A stretch of DNA of 64,000 bases from Nitrosopumilaceae archaeon (GTDB lineage Archaea; Thermoproteota; Nitrososphaeria; Nitrososphaerales; Nitrosopumilaceae), in contig CBDCCK010000002.1 in NCBI GenBank assembly GCA_965214835.1, forward strand, positions 800,001 to 864,000, in the 5' to 3' direction. The position numbers were made by a program, and so were the translations under genes. Below the pieces are notes generated by a model. That model was not told where the DNA came from and searched no databases. It was given only the letters and a program-made list of their open reading frames with translations. Every line of letters begins with the position of its first letter. Within the stretch, counting starts at the first letter, position 1. Positions 21,815 to 32,293 of this stretch are shown here, piece by piece.

Positions 21815-22174
21815 TCACTTGCTGCTCAAAATTTTGAGTAGAATTTCAATGATGTTTGCAAATGTCTTTTTGTCAATAACCCCGATGGTGGTTTTAATGA
21901 GATTTTTATCTACACTGAATATTCTGTCTGCCTTGACCTTACTATCAACAATCAAAGTCCCCTTTTCAAGATTCTCATTTGAAATCAAAAGAGCATGATC
22001 ACTGGTTTTCAAATTTGAGGTTAGTGGAACGGCAATCAAATCTCCTGATTTTTTATTATACTTGTTATTTGACATGATAATTGCGGGTCTGACCTTGGAA
22101 TCTTTTTGATTTGAAAACGGAAATGGCAACAAGACAATACTTCTTTGTATGGTCATTTTAGATATTGACTCCAT
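21815..22174 (-). CDS. mazF: MazF/PemK toxin
   Basis: IVLLPFPFS, KVRPAIIMS, AVPLTS. Confidence 0.9.
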   Translation of the reverse strand: MESISKMTIQRSIVLLPFPFSNQKDSKVRPAIIMSNNKYNKKSGDLIAVPLTSNLKTSDHALLISNENLEKGTLIVDSKVKADRIFSVDKNLIKTTIGVIDKKTFANIIEILLKILSSK

Positions 22175-22419
22175 ATTTCATCTGACTCGTTATTCCATAG
22201 TTTCTCTAAGGAGTTTTCAGAATATCTGACAATGTCCTCAAAGTCATCTTCAACAATTTTTTCAATATTTGCAGATTTTTGAATCAAAAGTTTCTTGTTT
22301 TTGGTAACAAGTGCAAGTTTATCGCCTTTCTTGATTTCCAATAAAAGTTGAATTTCACGAGGTATGGTAATTTGTCCTTTATCAGATACGCTGATTATTT
22401 TCAGGATTGCGTCATTCAC
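22153..22419 (-). CDS. AbrB/MazE antitoxin
   Basis: VSDKGQITIPREIQ..L.IKKGD; LWNNESDEIW tail; GTG start. Confidence 0.88.
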   Translation of the reverse strand: MNDAILKIISVSDKGQITIPREIQLLLEIKKGDKLALVTKNKKLLIQKSANIEKIVEDDFEDIVRYSENSLEKLWNNESDEIWSQYLK

Positions 22420-22490
22420 AACACAAGTAAGAAATTTCTTACTTAAATAATATGTGGAAATTATTATTGTATGTTGTGCGAAAATTAGGC

Positions 22491-22582
22491 GCAAGAGTTT
22501 ACCCCACTAGGCTACACTGCTGGCCAGAGCTCCCATGATCACGCCTGCTACGCCGTATCTCGGGGGAGAGGTAAGCTCTTAC
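22491..22582. mobile_element. 92-bp MITE with G(C/T)AAGAG ends
   Basis: TIR GCAAGAGTTTACC / GGTAAGCTCTTAC; flanking direct repeat AAATTAGGC. Confidence 0.7.
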
Positions 22583-22706
22583 AAATTAGGCCGCATTAAT
22601 TTGAGAGGGGTTGCAAGGGATTGCTTTAGGCTTTACCGATCAAGAAAACCGATGGTTGCAAGGCTCAAGGCAAAGCAGATCAGATACGCAGTGATGCAGT
22701 GTGCCA

Positions 22707-22846
22707 TAGTGCACACATCAAAAATTGCAACATAATTGTACGAGGTCACCTGCCCCACCAGTCAGGCACGAATTAGCATGAATGATTGTGATCTTTGTAC
22801 CCAGTTAGCAAAGGGATGTGACCACATATTTCAACTGTGCTCACTA
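22707..22846. mobile_element. MITE family D (TA-flanked, IS630-like) with a family C MITE nested at 22738-22829
   Basis: TAGTGCACA…TGTGCTCACTA, homologous to 37585-37672 and 21695-21734; inner GTACGAGGTCAC…GTGACCACATAT. Confidence 0.7.
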
Positions 22847-23319
22847 CGGCGCGGACGTTTGCCTAGTCCACCTCCGAGAACGTGGTTGCAACACTCGGGG
22901 AGGTCATAGACAAATTTGGCACACCGGCTACCATACTGTCTGACAACTGCAGGTGCTTCAACGGCGGCCGCGGCAAGAAGGGAATCCCCAAGGGGACGTG
23001 GAGGCCGACGGCCTTTGATGCCGGGCTGCTGGATGGGGGCATCGGGCTGATAAACTCCATGCCCCACCACCCAGAGACCAACGGCAAGCTGGAGCGGCTT
23101 CATGGTACCATCTAGAAGGAAATCCACCATCATGAGAGCCTGTCTGCGTACGTGGAGTACTATAACGAGCGCAGCTGCACTTCGCTGGATATCGACGGAT
23201 GTGAGACGCCGCTGCATGCCTTCTCGGCAAGAGCGGCCACAGAAGCGAGCAGGAAAAACGACCCAAAATGGATGGAGGGGGACATCAATGACTAACGAAC
23301 CTAATTTTCACACAACACA
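22847..23319 (+). mobile_element. IS481-family remnant
   Basis: ILSDNCRCF, PETNGKLERLH; right end …ACAACACA. Confidence 0.85.
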
Positions 23320-23372
23320 GAGGACTGGGGCTCGACAAACATTAAAATCCGTTACCGCCCGAGGCTGAGCAA

Positions 23373-24407
23373 ATGGGCAAAAATGTCTATGCCTCCGTAA
23401 AGTCATACAGCCAGCGCGGAAAGCTGCTTGCCAGAGGCGATCTTCAGACCCTGGCAGAGTCCAGGGATCTGGAGGAGCTGATCACCAGAATCAAGAATAC
23501 CGTTTACTCAGACGCGGTAGCAAAGCTGGCAAAACCATACTCCTCGCAGCAGGTTGAAAATGCCCTGAGAAGCCACCTGGCAGACATCCAGTACGCCATT
23601 GCCAGGACGGCAGGAGACTCTGCAATCCTTGATGCATACTATCTCAGGCACATCACCTCAAACCTCAAGCTAATTCTAAAGGGCAAGGTTCTTGGAAAGA
23701 CCCAGGAGGAGATTGAGTCCCATCTTAACCTTCACGCAGAGGAGTTGATCAAGCAGAGGGACGTCATCATCAAGGCACTCGTTTCAAAGGATCTCGAGGA
23801 GACGGTTGCCAGCTTGAACTCGGTCTCCATGGGGGAGGACATAGCAAAGGCGGTGGCGCTGTACAACGAAAGAGGCAACATGCAGATATTTGACACGTAT
23901 TTTGACAAGATCCTGTACGGGCATCTGGGCCGTGCTATACGGGGCAGCAAGGACAGGGACGTCATCAGGCTGGTCGGAATGGACATTGATTTTTACAATG
24001 TTCTTAGCACCATCAGGGGAAGGTTCTGGGGGCTAGACGAGCAGCAGATTCAGGACTTGATTGTTGCAACCACCCCGACGGCGCCAAGGGAGCTGCTTTC
24101 CAGGATGGCCGGGGCAGCGTCGGTCAGGGATGCATTCAACGAGCTTGCATCCACCCGCTACAAGGAGATCATCCCGCAGACAGAAAACGAGCTGGATGCA
24201 CTGGCAGAGTTTGAGAGGGCCTTTGAGATGAGGATCTACGGGGCCGCAAACAGGTCGTTTTCAAAGATGTTCAGCTTTGCAACAATCGTCGCGATCACAA
24301 AACTCAATGCCTACGAGGTCAGGAATCTGGCAGCAATCGCGTTTGCAGTAGAACAGGGAATTCCAACGGAGACTACCATGTCAAAGCTGATCGTCAGGGA
24401 AGAATAG
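23373..24407 (+). CDS. atpC: A-type ATP synthase subunit C
   Basis: YASVKS…RGKLL, D.YN, YEVRNLAAIA. Confidence 0.9.
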   Translation: MGKNVYASVKSYSQRGKLLARGDLQTLAESRDLEELITRIKNTVYSDAVAKLAKPYSSQQVENALRSHLADIQYAIARTAGDSAILDAYYLRHITSNLKLILKGKVLGKTQEEIESHLNLHAEELIKQRDVIIKALVSKDLEETVASLNSVSMGEDIAKAVALYNERGNMQIFDTYFDKILYGHLGRAIRGSKDRDVIRLVGMDIDFYNVLSTIRGRFWGLDEQQIQDLIVATTPTAPRELLSRMAGAASVRDAFNELASTRYKEIIPQTENELDALAEFERAFEMRIYGAANRSFSKMFSFATIVAITKLNAYEVRNLAAIAFAVEQGIPTETTMSKLIVREE

Positions 24408-24653
24408 ATGGGATCCATGATAAGACTCCCAGGCAAGAAAAACGACATCCCTGCAGAGGCCATGATTAACACCATATGGGTCAGTACCTTTATGGGCATG
24501 ATTTTTGCACTGCCGCCGCTGGGAATCTTCTTGGGGATTTATTTCGGAGCCGGAAATCTGGCCGCGGGGGCAATCTTGGGATTTGGCGCTCATTTTGTCA
24601 CTCTGGCTTTTGCGGGAAGAATTTCAAAGTTCCTGACCCGGGCAACAAGCTAA
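24408..24653 (+). CDS. Small 2-TM membrane protein
   Basis: Hydrophobic ORF coupled to atpC. Confidence 0.7.
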   Translation: MGSMIRLPGKKNDIPAEAMINTIWVSTFMGMIFALPPLGIFLGIYFGAGNLAAGAILGFGAHFVTLAFAGRISKFLTRATS

Positions 24654-24686
24654 CCTATAAGGAACCGGCAAGCAGATGGATCTACC

Positions 24687-25337
24687 ATGATGGGAGACAG
24701 GGACTTTAGGACGGTCATTACCGCAGCAGTAGACTCGATAGGAAGGGAGCTGGACGTCAAGATCGACGACGACGACGTCAAGACCATACACCTGCACGAG
24801 GTGGTCAGATGCCTGAGACGCTCTTACTATGACAGGACAGAGCCCAAGGACGTCAAACGCAGTGGATTCAACGAGCTGTTAAGCGGGCTGTTGCAAAAAT
24901 ATGGATACGGCAGCGAGCCGAAGGATTTCGAGGTCGACGGCATAAGGCTCAGGGGGAGGGCGGACATGATTGTCGATGATGCGATCGTACTTTTCAGGTC
25001 TGCTGAGGCCCTGCCGAGGGATCCAAAGGCGGGGGACGTGCTGTTCCTAAACGCGTGCCTGTGGATTTACAACAAGTTTGATGGGGTCATAGTCTACATA
25101 TCAGGAGACAGGCAGGAGGCCTCGTTCTCAGTTACGCGGAACAAAAAGGTGTTTGAGGAGACGATAAGGCGTGTCAGGGTGCTAAACGACCTCCTTGAGC
25201 AAAAAAAGCTGCCGATCCTGGAGCCGGCAACCGAATGCGAGGCATGTCAGTACTACGAGAGGTGCTTTATGAAGGAAAAGGTCGGAAGGTCGTTCAACCT
25301 CAAGGAGATGATCGGCATGGACTCTAAGGAAGAATAG
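24687..25337 (+). CDS. Solo Cas4-like protein with degenerate nuclease motif
   Basis: RCLRRSYY, GRAD, C-terminal CEACQYYERC. Confidence 0.75.
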   Translation: MMGDRDFRTVITAAVDSIGRELDVKIDDDDVKTIHLHEVVRCLRRSYYDRTEPKDVKRSGFNELLSGLLQKYGYGSEPKDFEVDGIRLRGRADMIVDDAIVLFRSAEALPRDPKAGDVLFLNACLWIYNKFDGVIVYISGDRQEASFSVTRNKKVFEETIRRVRVLNDLLEQKKLPILEPATECEACQYYERCFMKEKVGRSFNLKEMIGMDSKEE

Positions 25338-25572
25338 AAAAAGATTGTGAAGGATGAGATCTCCTTAATCTAATGGTTCTGGGTGTCCCTTGCCCCGCAG
25401 TGCAAAGCAGACTACTGCCAGTGCAATTGATACGCCGATTGCTGAGCCAAATGCGGCCATTGATGCTTCTGCCATTCTGAAGTTGAGGAACATCCAGATC
25501 ATATATAATTTTGTTAAATTTTTTCCTCTGAAAACAAATAATCATGATTTTCATATTCTGTGATACAACTGG

Positions 25573-26145
25573 CTATGGTTTTAGCTCAAAGGTAAAATTT
25601 TGCTCTGCGCCGGCAGTCATTGAGCTCAGGTTAAAGAATCCCTCCCCCGTCACCCTCCAGTCGATGTCATCTCCGGACAGGGTCTCCCAGAGCCCAGGTA
25701 CGTTTCCCGTATTTCGGATCACTATGGTCTCAGACAGTATCGTATGCGAGCCTGAAAGGACGGTATAAAAGTTGGATCCCTCCACAAACCCCTCAAACCT
25801 GTCACCGATTTGTCCTGCATGAATCCTCAGATCATCCTCATAGACCTGGTACTTTACCAGCTGCAGGATTACGGAACGCTGGTTGGGATTTGACACCTTG
25901 AACTTGATGTCTATGTATGCTGCCCGATCATCAATCTCGGCCACCTCCAGCTTTTCCAGGGTGGTGACCAGCGGGAGAATCGGCATGGGGGGGTTTTCCG
26001 GGGATGCAAGCAGGCCGCGATCAGACGTATCATCGATGATCCCCTGGCCCGAGAACGCAATGGCGCCGATGACGACGGCCACCGCGACCACTGCGGCTCC
26101 AACGAAGATCCTCGGATTCAATGATGGGGATTGGGGGCCCGTCAT
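25573..26145 (-). CDS. Membrane-anchored LEA_2/WHy-like protein
   Basis: N-terminal TM helix, FKVSNPN motif. Confidence 0.6.
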   Translation of the reverse strand: MTGPQSPSLNPRIFVGAAVVAVAVVIGAIAFSGQGIIDDTSDRGLLASPENPPMPILPLVTTLEKLEVAEIDDRAAYIDIKFKVSNPNQRSVILQLVKYQVYEDDLRIHAGQIGDRFEGFVEGSNFYTVLSGSHTILSETIVIRNTGNVPGLWETLSGDDIDWRVTGEGFFNLSSMTAGAEQNFTFELKP

Positions 26146-26277
26146 CTTAAGTGTTTAAGATAGTTAATTATAGTGACAAGCCGGAGATGGCTCGTGCAGT
26201 ATTTCCAGGCGGTGCAGGCAGGCAAAAGGCGGGCGGGGCAGTCGCAGGCAAGGCTGTTCAAGGTTGCCGGATTTGCG

Positions 26278-26547
26278 ATGCTTACTCTGACTACAAAGAA
26301 GGTAGACGGAAAGTTCATGCCCGTCGGGGAGGAGGATCTTGCGGCAATCATACGGAGCCGGGACGGGTTCATCACGCTGGTTGTTGATGAGGACGGCTTT
26401 ACAAAGGCGCAGACAAAGCCCCTGGAGAGGAACGAGTCACTGGAGATCTACAGGAGGCTGCGCCAGTCAGGAATGAAGGAGTATCCCGGAGAGAAAATCG
26501 AGATCTGGACCGAGAGCTATCCGGCCATTCAGAATACTATAGGGTGA
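26278..26547 (+). CDS. Hypothetical protein
   Basis: ORF with core-like codon usage. Confidence 0.6.
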   Translation: MLTLTTKKVDGKFMPVGEEDLAAIIRSRDGFITLVVDEDGFTKAQTKPLERNESLEIYRRLRQSGMKEYPGEKIEIWTESYPAIQNTIG

Positions 26548-27214
26548 TCTCGGTTCCGACAGGCGAGGTTCCGCGTATTGCCTTTTCGAGCGTCTTGAGA
26601 TCGGCCTTTAGGATCCTGGTCTTTATCCTAGAGCGCTCTATGATTTTCAGGGCCACTATATCCATCAGGTCATAGCCGCCGGCAACGGAGTCCTCATGGA
26701 CCAGCATGCTTCGCAGGGACTTTAGCTCGATTCGCTTGAACCTTTTTGCGGTCTTGTACCTGTTGGGATCCCTGTCATAGACGCCGTCGACGTCAGTAGC
26801 ATTGAGAAACTGCTCTGCCTTGATCTTCTCGGCAATCAGGGCGGCCGTTCCATTAGTGCTCTGCCCGGGGTGAAGCCCCCCGGTCACGACAATCAGCCCG
26901 CTGTCCACTGCATGCTTTGTCTCCTGAAGGTTGGTGGGCGGGTGGGAGTACGCCTTGCCCTTGAGGGCATAGATGAGCAGCTTTGCGTTTAGCCTTGAGA
27001 TTTCAATGCCCAGCTCGTCAAGGGTGGACTCGTCTGCGCCCGAGGATCGTGCATGCGATATGTAGTGCCGCGATATGGTTCCTCCCCCTGCCACGATCAC
27101 GGGCTGGCAGTATCTGCTGACTTTGACAAAGAATCTCGCGTAATCCTTGAGGGCCTTTACGTTATCCATGCCAAAAACCCTGCCGGAAATCTTGATTACG
27201 ATGCGCCTCTTCAT
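26537..27214 (-). CDS. pyrH: UMP kinase
   Basis: [24 protein letters not shown]. Confidence 0.95.
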   Translation of the reverse strand: MKRRIVIKISGRVFGMDNVKALKDYARFFVKVSRYCQPVIVAGGGTISRHYISHARSSGADESTLDELGIEISRLNAKLLIYALKGKAYSHPPTNLQETKHAVDSGLIVVTGGLHPGQSTNGTAALIAEKIKAEQFLNATDVDGVYDRDPNRYKTAKRFKRIELKSLRSMLVHEDSVAGGYDLMDIVALKIIERSRIKTRILKADLKTLEKAIRGTSPVGTEITL

Positions 27215-28455
27215 TGTCCCGTACCACCAAGGATTGAATGGGCGGCCATTTCAACTTTTTTTCTGTTTTTCTCAGACGTGTATATCCTCAGGATATCCAT
27301 GAATCCGGACAGGGTGGAGACTAGAATCCGGGAGATCGGGATTTCTTGCGCCTGGGACTTGCCATTTTTTGAGGAGATGAGGATTACTGATTTTGACTCC
27401 TTTTTTGAGGGCGTGAGGGGGATCGACGGGGTAGTTGAGCTGTCCACAAAGATGTCATTTTCGGGGACTCGGGACTTTTTTGAGATCTGGGCCCTGATCG
27501 TGTCGAATCTCCTTTTTGAAATGTCCGGCTTTTTTGTAAAGATCTGCTCGTATACGCATTTTAGCAGGTTGCGATCCTGGTAGTTCCGCGCCAGCTGCCT
27601 TGCGCGCTTTAGCTGCGGATCATCTGATGTTATAGACAAAAGATCCGATATTATGACATCGTCTGTGAGCCGGACATAGTCATCCAGGGTCAGCGAATCA
27701 AGCCCAATCTGGTCGTATGCAAGACGTATTGCCTCAAGCAGCATCACCTCGACGGAGCGGACGGACTTGTGAAAGTATACCGCCTTGAACATCTGGTACC
27801 TAGAGTGCATCATTGACTCAAAGGAGTATAGCGCAGATCTGTCAAGGGCCAACTTTTTCCTGTACACGCTCAGAGACCGGATCATGCGAATGTGATCGGT
27901 TTTTGCGTGCTCGGCACCCGTATAATATCCGTCCCGCAGCAGATAGTCCATCATGTCTGCACTGAGGGCCCCGGAGATTATCTCGTTCATGAATTGGTGT
28001 CTGGATTCGCCAAAGGCCAGCCTTGCAATGAAGTTTTTGTCAAGCCCCGATCTTGATAGCACGTCGCCGATCTCGGTTTTTTGAATGATGTTTTTCCCCA
28101 TGCCCTCGTGTGAGATCCGGGAGTTGTCCCGTACCACCTCCTCAAACAGGTGTGAGAACGGTCCATGGCCGATATCATGGAGCAGTCCTGCCATGCGGAG
28201 TGCGGCAACGTCGTCTTTTTTGATTGCCCCCTTTTCCCGCAGTGCATTGCCTGCCAGCCCCGCAATGTGCAGAACCCCCAGGGAATGCTCAAATCGCGTG
28301 TGTTGCGCGCCCGGATAGGTAAGGTGGGCGCCTGAAAGCTGCTTGATTCTTCTCAGCCGCTGGAAGGCCGGATTGTCGATAATCTCCAGCTCAGAGCCGT
28401 AAATGCGAACAAAGCTGTGAATGGGATCAATGATGTCCAGGTTGGCCTTTTTCAT
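27211..28455 (-). CDS. HD-domain phosphohydrolase (SAMHD1-like), core copy
   Basis: [29 protein letters not shown]; lies between tmk and pyrH. Confidence 0.9.
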   Translation of the reverse strand: MKKANLDIIDPIHSFVRIYGSELEIIDNPAFQRLRRIKQLSGAHLTYPGAQHTRFEHSLGVLHIAGLAGNALREKGAIKKDDVAALRMAGLLHDIGHGPFSHLFEEVVRDNSRISHEGMGKNIIQKTEIGDVLSRSGLDKNFIARLAFGESRHQFMNEIISGALSADMMDYLLRDGYYTGAEHAKTDHIRMIRSLSVYRKKLALDRSALYSFESMMHSRYQMFKAVYFHKSVRSVEVMLLEAIRLAYDQIGLDSLTLDDYVRLTDDVIISDLLSITSDDPQLKRARQLARNYQDRNLLKCVYEQIFTKKPDISKRRFDTIRAQISKKSRVPENDIFVDSSTTPSIPLTPSKKESKSVILISSKNGKSQAQEIPISRILVSTLSGFMDILRIYTSEKNRKKVEMAAHSILGGTGQ

Positions 28456-29033
28456 GATAAGACCTTCTTGCCAAGTATCTTCATGATGTCCTGGTGAACC
28501 TCCTCCCTTGTTCTTGAGGCGTTGACGATTTTCCAATGCTGTTTTTTTGCGGCCCTTCTGTAAGCGGAGGCCACCTTTCTAACGAACTCTTTGTTCTTTT
28601 CAAACCTGTCCCGGTTTGATTTTTTGCGACTAAACGATTCGGCTGGCGCGACATCCAGGAGGATTACAAGGTCGGCCTTTGGCATCCCCCTGTCCAGGTT
28701 TTCAAGCCAGGCGGCCTTCATTCCATTGACCAGCCCGTATACGACATTGGACTGGTAGTACCTGTTCATGATCAAGACGGAGTTTTTTTCATGCGCCCTT
28801 TGTATGTCGTATAGCCTCTCCCACCTGTTGGCTGCCAGAAGGCAGTGGATGGCCTGTGGCGGAAATTTACGCCCCCCTGACAGATACCTGTCGATCTCTT
28901 TTCCGACCGGGGTGGAATAGTCAGGAAAGCTGAACGTTCTGGTTTTGATTTTGGCGCTCTTTAATGCCTTTTCAAGCATGACAGCCTGTGTTTTTTTTCC
29001 CGCCTGATCCCCGCCCTCGATAGCTATAATCAA
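28452..29033 (-). CDS. tmk: Thymidylate kinase
   Basis: IEGGDQAGKKTQ, FPDY, NRYYQS. Confidence 0.93.
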   Translation of the reverse strand: MIIAIEGGDQAGKKTQAVMLEKALKSAKIKTRTFSFPDYSTPVGKEIDRYLSGGRKFPPQAIHCLLAANRWERLYDIQRAHEKNSVLIMNRYYQSNVVYGLVNGMKAAWLENLDRGMPKADLVILLDVAPAESFSRKKSNRDRFEKNKEFVRKVASAYRRAAKKQHWKIVNASRTREEVHQDIMKILGKKVLS

Positions 29034-29232
29034 GATACTGAAACTGCAAGGCTAGTAATTAAAAATGCATGGATAATCAGGGGACTGCGTAATCGGCGCA
29101 GAATAAAAAACCGGGCAGCCTTTACGTCATTTTTGGCAAATACGCACAGGATCCAGTGTCGTCTAGGGGGCAAGCCCTTGCAGCTGGTACTGCTTGAAGA
29201 CTTATAACCAAAAATGATCGACATTTCACAGG

Positions 29233-29625
29233 TTGGGACTTGTAAAATCAATGGCAGATGAAATGATAAGGGAGATCGGCAACAGATCAAAAGAGTTCTA
29301 TGAGTTTGTTCTACCTCCCGTTGATATGCAGGTGCAGGAGGACAGGATTACAGTCACAATTGATCTGCCAGGCTTTGACAAAAAGGACATAGAGCTGCGC
29401 CTTGATGCAAACATTCTTTCCATAAGCGCAGAAAAGCCAAAAAAGGAGGAAAGAGACGAATCGATGGTCTGCAATCAGAGGCCCGGCATAATCGACAAGA
29501 AGATCAGGCTTCCCATAAACATCAGGAAGGGAGAGGAATCAGTAGAGTCGGCAAGATTTGAAAATGGCGTCCTGACGGTGGTCATCGCCTTTGCAAGATC
29601 TGGCAAAGACATCCCAATAGAATAG
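29233..29625 (+). CDS. Hsp20 small heat-shock protein
   Basis: DLPGF.KKDI, ARFENGVLTV. Confidence 0.92.
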   Translation: MGLVKSMADEMIREIGNRSKEFYEFVLPPVDMQVQEDRITVTIDLPGFDKKDIELRLDANILSISAEKPKKEERDESMVCNQRPGIIDKKIRLPINIRKGEESVESARFENGVLTVVIAFARSGKDIPIE

Positions 29626-30127
29626 ACCCTGTGCGTGAGCAAGGCCTAGCAGTTTTGCCTCTTGGTTCTTGCAAACGAGGAGGATGGGGCAGCGCAAGAA
29701 GAGGATCAAAGGAGGATGGGGCAGCTGAGGCATCAAAAGTCCGAGCGCCAAGTGTGGCCTGCATCCGGGGACGACGACGGCAGGGCCGCAGCCAGGTGCA
29801 CGATGAACATGAAGGCAGTACAAGCGGGTGTGCGACCCGTATGATGGGACTGCTGAAGAGTTTGAACGGGAGTTACAGGTGGTCTCCGGGCTTGTCAACC
29901 TTAGGCTGCTGTTGGACTAGAAGGGAGAGCTCAAGCACGGATTCTGATATTGCAAAGCATGGCGTACTGCGGCGCCGCACGGTACCGCGGCTTTTTGCAG
30001 CCCGACGGATCCGCAATCACACAGCACGCGGACTGCCGCCTCCATGTCATGTGGTGCTGCCTGCTCTGCAAGGCATACATGTGATCGGAATATTTTGATC
30101 ACGGCTGCTGCGCACACAGCCTGATGA

Positions 30128-31678
30128 TTACCTCCCTCTGAGTGCGGCAGAGACTGCCATGACTGCGATCGAGCCTGCCATTCCTGCGATTCCTGCCGGC
30201 TCGTTGGAGGAATAAAGCAGTGCAGAGCCGACAAAGATGGCAGACGACAGAATGCTTCCGGCCAGCAGCGTGCTAGGTTCCGGCTTTGCCTGCCGCAGAT
30301 GAAGTGAATGACTGTCATCAAGATATCTTTTGAGCGCAGGCGCAATGGATATCGCAGCATCAACTGACTTTGCAAGCCTAGTAACCGAGTACTTTAGCTC
30401 CTCAACATATGCATCCCTGATCAGATGCTCCTCCTCCAGTATCTCCTTGAGCACCCTGACAAACTTAAAGTCAACGTCATGCGTCTTGTAGATTCCCTCG
30501 ATGATCGAGGCCATCCTCATGTACAACGCAAGGTGCTTAGGCAGGACAAACGGAAACCTGCTCATCGTCCGGTTGGCGATCTCCATCAGGCTGTTTATCT
30601 CCATTTCAGACGGCTTGCGACCGTGCAGGGCCCGGACCGTCAGCTCAATTGCCTGCTCGATGACAGAGCGGTTAAAATCCGGGGTGAGCATTCCCAGCTC
30701 GCTCATGGCGTTTACCGTTCTTGACGGGTTTTTCTCGACAAGCGCAAGATACAGCCTGACCAGGCGCCTTCGTGACTCGTCATCCAGCCGTCCGACCATT
30801 CCATAGTCATACAGGATCAGCCTCCCCTCGTCGGTCACGGAGATGTTTCCGGGGTGGGGATCTGCGTGAAAAATGGAGTGGCGCAGGAGCATGGTAAAGA
30901 ACACCTTGTGCACGTCAATGACGAGCTTTGTCCTGTCGATGTTTTTGTCGTCCAGTGCCTCGATGTCGGTGACCTTGATTCCCGGAATGTACTCCATGGT
31001 AAGGATGTTTCCCGAGGAATACTCGTCATAGACCCGGGGGATGAGGACCGGCGAGTTCCTCATGTTGTCCCTGATCTGCTTCAGGTTTGAGGACTCGATC
31101 CTATAGTCCAGCTCCTCGTGTACCGTCTCGACAAACTGGGACAGCATCGCCCTTGCGGAAAACCGGAGGTTGGGATCGACGAACCGCAGTCCCACCGGCA
31201 GTATTTTTTTGAGAACCTCAAGATCCTTCCTGACGGTCTCCTCGATTCCGGGGCGCCTTACCTTGACTACGATCTCCTGGTTTTTTAGCCTGGCTCGATA
31301 GACCTGTCCCAGCGACGCGCCAGACAGGGCGTCGGATTCGAACTCGTCAAACGCCGAGTCCACGGGCCCGAACTCCTTTTCGATTATCGGCCTTACCTCA
31401 TCAAACGGAACGACGGGTACGCTGTCCTGCAGCTTTGCGAGCTCCTCAAGATACGGCTGCGGCAGGATATCCGCACGGGAGGAGAGCCACTGCCCCAGCT
31501 TGATGTAGACCGGTCCCAGTGCCAGGAAGGCATTCAGTGCCCGCCGCGCGTTTTTTCGATACTTCTCCACGTCGATGTTTCTGGCTTCCTGGCTTGACCA
31601 CTCCCTTCGATCCCTCCTCAGGGCCATCGCCGAGGGAAGCAGCCTGAAGAGAACCTGCAGGGTTCGAACCAGCGTCAT
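30128..31678 (-). CDS. ABC1/UbiB/AarF-family kinase
   Basis: GPVYIKLGQ, ASLGQVY, HADPHPGN, DYGMVG. Confidence 0.93.
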   Translation of the reverse strand: MTLVRTLQVLFRLLPSAMALRRDRREWSSQEARNIDVEKYRKNARRALNAFLALGPVYIKLGQWLSSRADILPQPYLEELAKLQDSVPVVPFDEVRPIIEKEFGPVDSAFDEFESDALSGASLGQVYRARLKNQEIVVKVRRPGIEETVRKDLEVLKKILPVGLRFVDPNLRFSARAMLSQFVETVHEELDYRIESSNLKQIRDNMRNSPVLIPRVYDEYSSGNILTMEYIPGIKVTDIEALDDKNIDRTKLVIDVHKVFFTMLLRHSIFHADPHPGNISVTDEGRLILYDYGMVGRLDDESRRRLVRLYLALVEKNPSRTVNAMSELGMLTPDFNRSVIEQAIELTVRALHGRKPSEMEINSLMEIANRTMSRFPFVLPKHLALYMRMASIIEGIYKTHDVDFKFVRVLKEILEEEHLIRDAYVEELKYSVTRLAKSVDAAISIAPALKRYLDDSHSLHLRQAKPEPSTLLAGSILSSAIFVGSALLYSSNEPAGIAGMAGSIAVMAVSAALRGR

Positions 31679-31682
31679 CTTA

Positions 31683-32069
31683 TCACTCTAGGTTTTTTTT
31701 GACGGCCCTGGTCAGCAGGTATCCCGCACAGCCTAGCGGGACGGCGGAAGCCAGTCCCGCAAGCGATGAGAGCCCCCGCGAGTTGGAATTTTTCTGGACA
31801 AGGGAGGCCGCCTTCCTCCCGCCCAGGACCGCACACGCAAGACCCACCAGGACCTCGGGCGCGTCATGAATCAGATGCCCCAGCGGATCCTGCCTGGGAT
31901 CCACCCTGTCGGTATGAACTAGGTACCTGTCGTCGTACTCCCGGATGTGTAGGTTTCCATACCTGTACTGCCTGCTTGCCCCGTTTTTGTGCCCCAGTCG
32001 GGTCTCCTCTGCGCCCTCCGGCATGAACTGGCGCAGTTCCTTTGGAACCTCGATTTCCTTGCCTTGCAC
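31683..32069 (-). CDS. Conserved hypothetical protein
   Basis: LHIREY…H.D.VDP..DPLGHL. Confidence 0.7.
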   Translation of the reverse strand: MQGKEIEVPKELRQFMPEGAEETRLGHKNGASRQYRYGNLHIREYDDRYLVHTDRVDPRQDPLGHLIHDAPEVLVGLACAVLGGRKAASLVQKNSNSRGLSSLAGLASAVPLGCAGYLLTRAVKKNLE

Positions 32070-32293
32070 GATCGCAAGATCGGGTGATCGCTTATAATCC
32101 TAGCCCGCAGCGAAAATGCAGCCCTGCCGTTTTTCATGCCTAGGCGCACAGCTCAGGACTTGATCCATTGCAGGCTGTTCCGGGGCATTCTGGGCCAAAC
32201 CCCGCCTCCCGGGGGCTTTGCGGGCCGTATCTTGCCTGATCCGCCACGTGTTCTAGTCCCTACCTGCATTGAAAATTTAAACCGGGCCGTATC

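Noticed and set aside
8426-25337. Two Cas4-like genes as a CRISPR-Cas locus
   Set aside because: No cas1, cas2 or effector genes and no array next to either gene
29626-30127. ORFs and a 16-bp direct repeat (AGGAGGATGGGGCAGC) between hsp20 and the ABC1 kinase
   Set aside because: No recognisable protein; only two short copies, so nothing supportable
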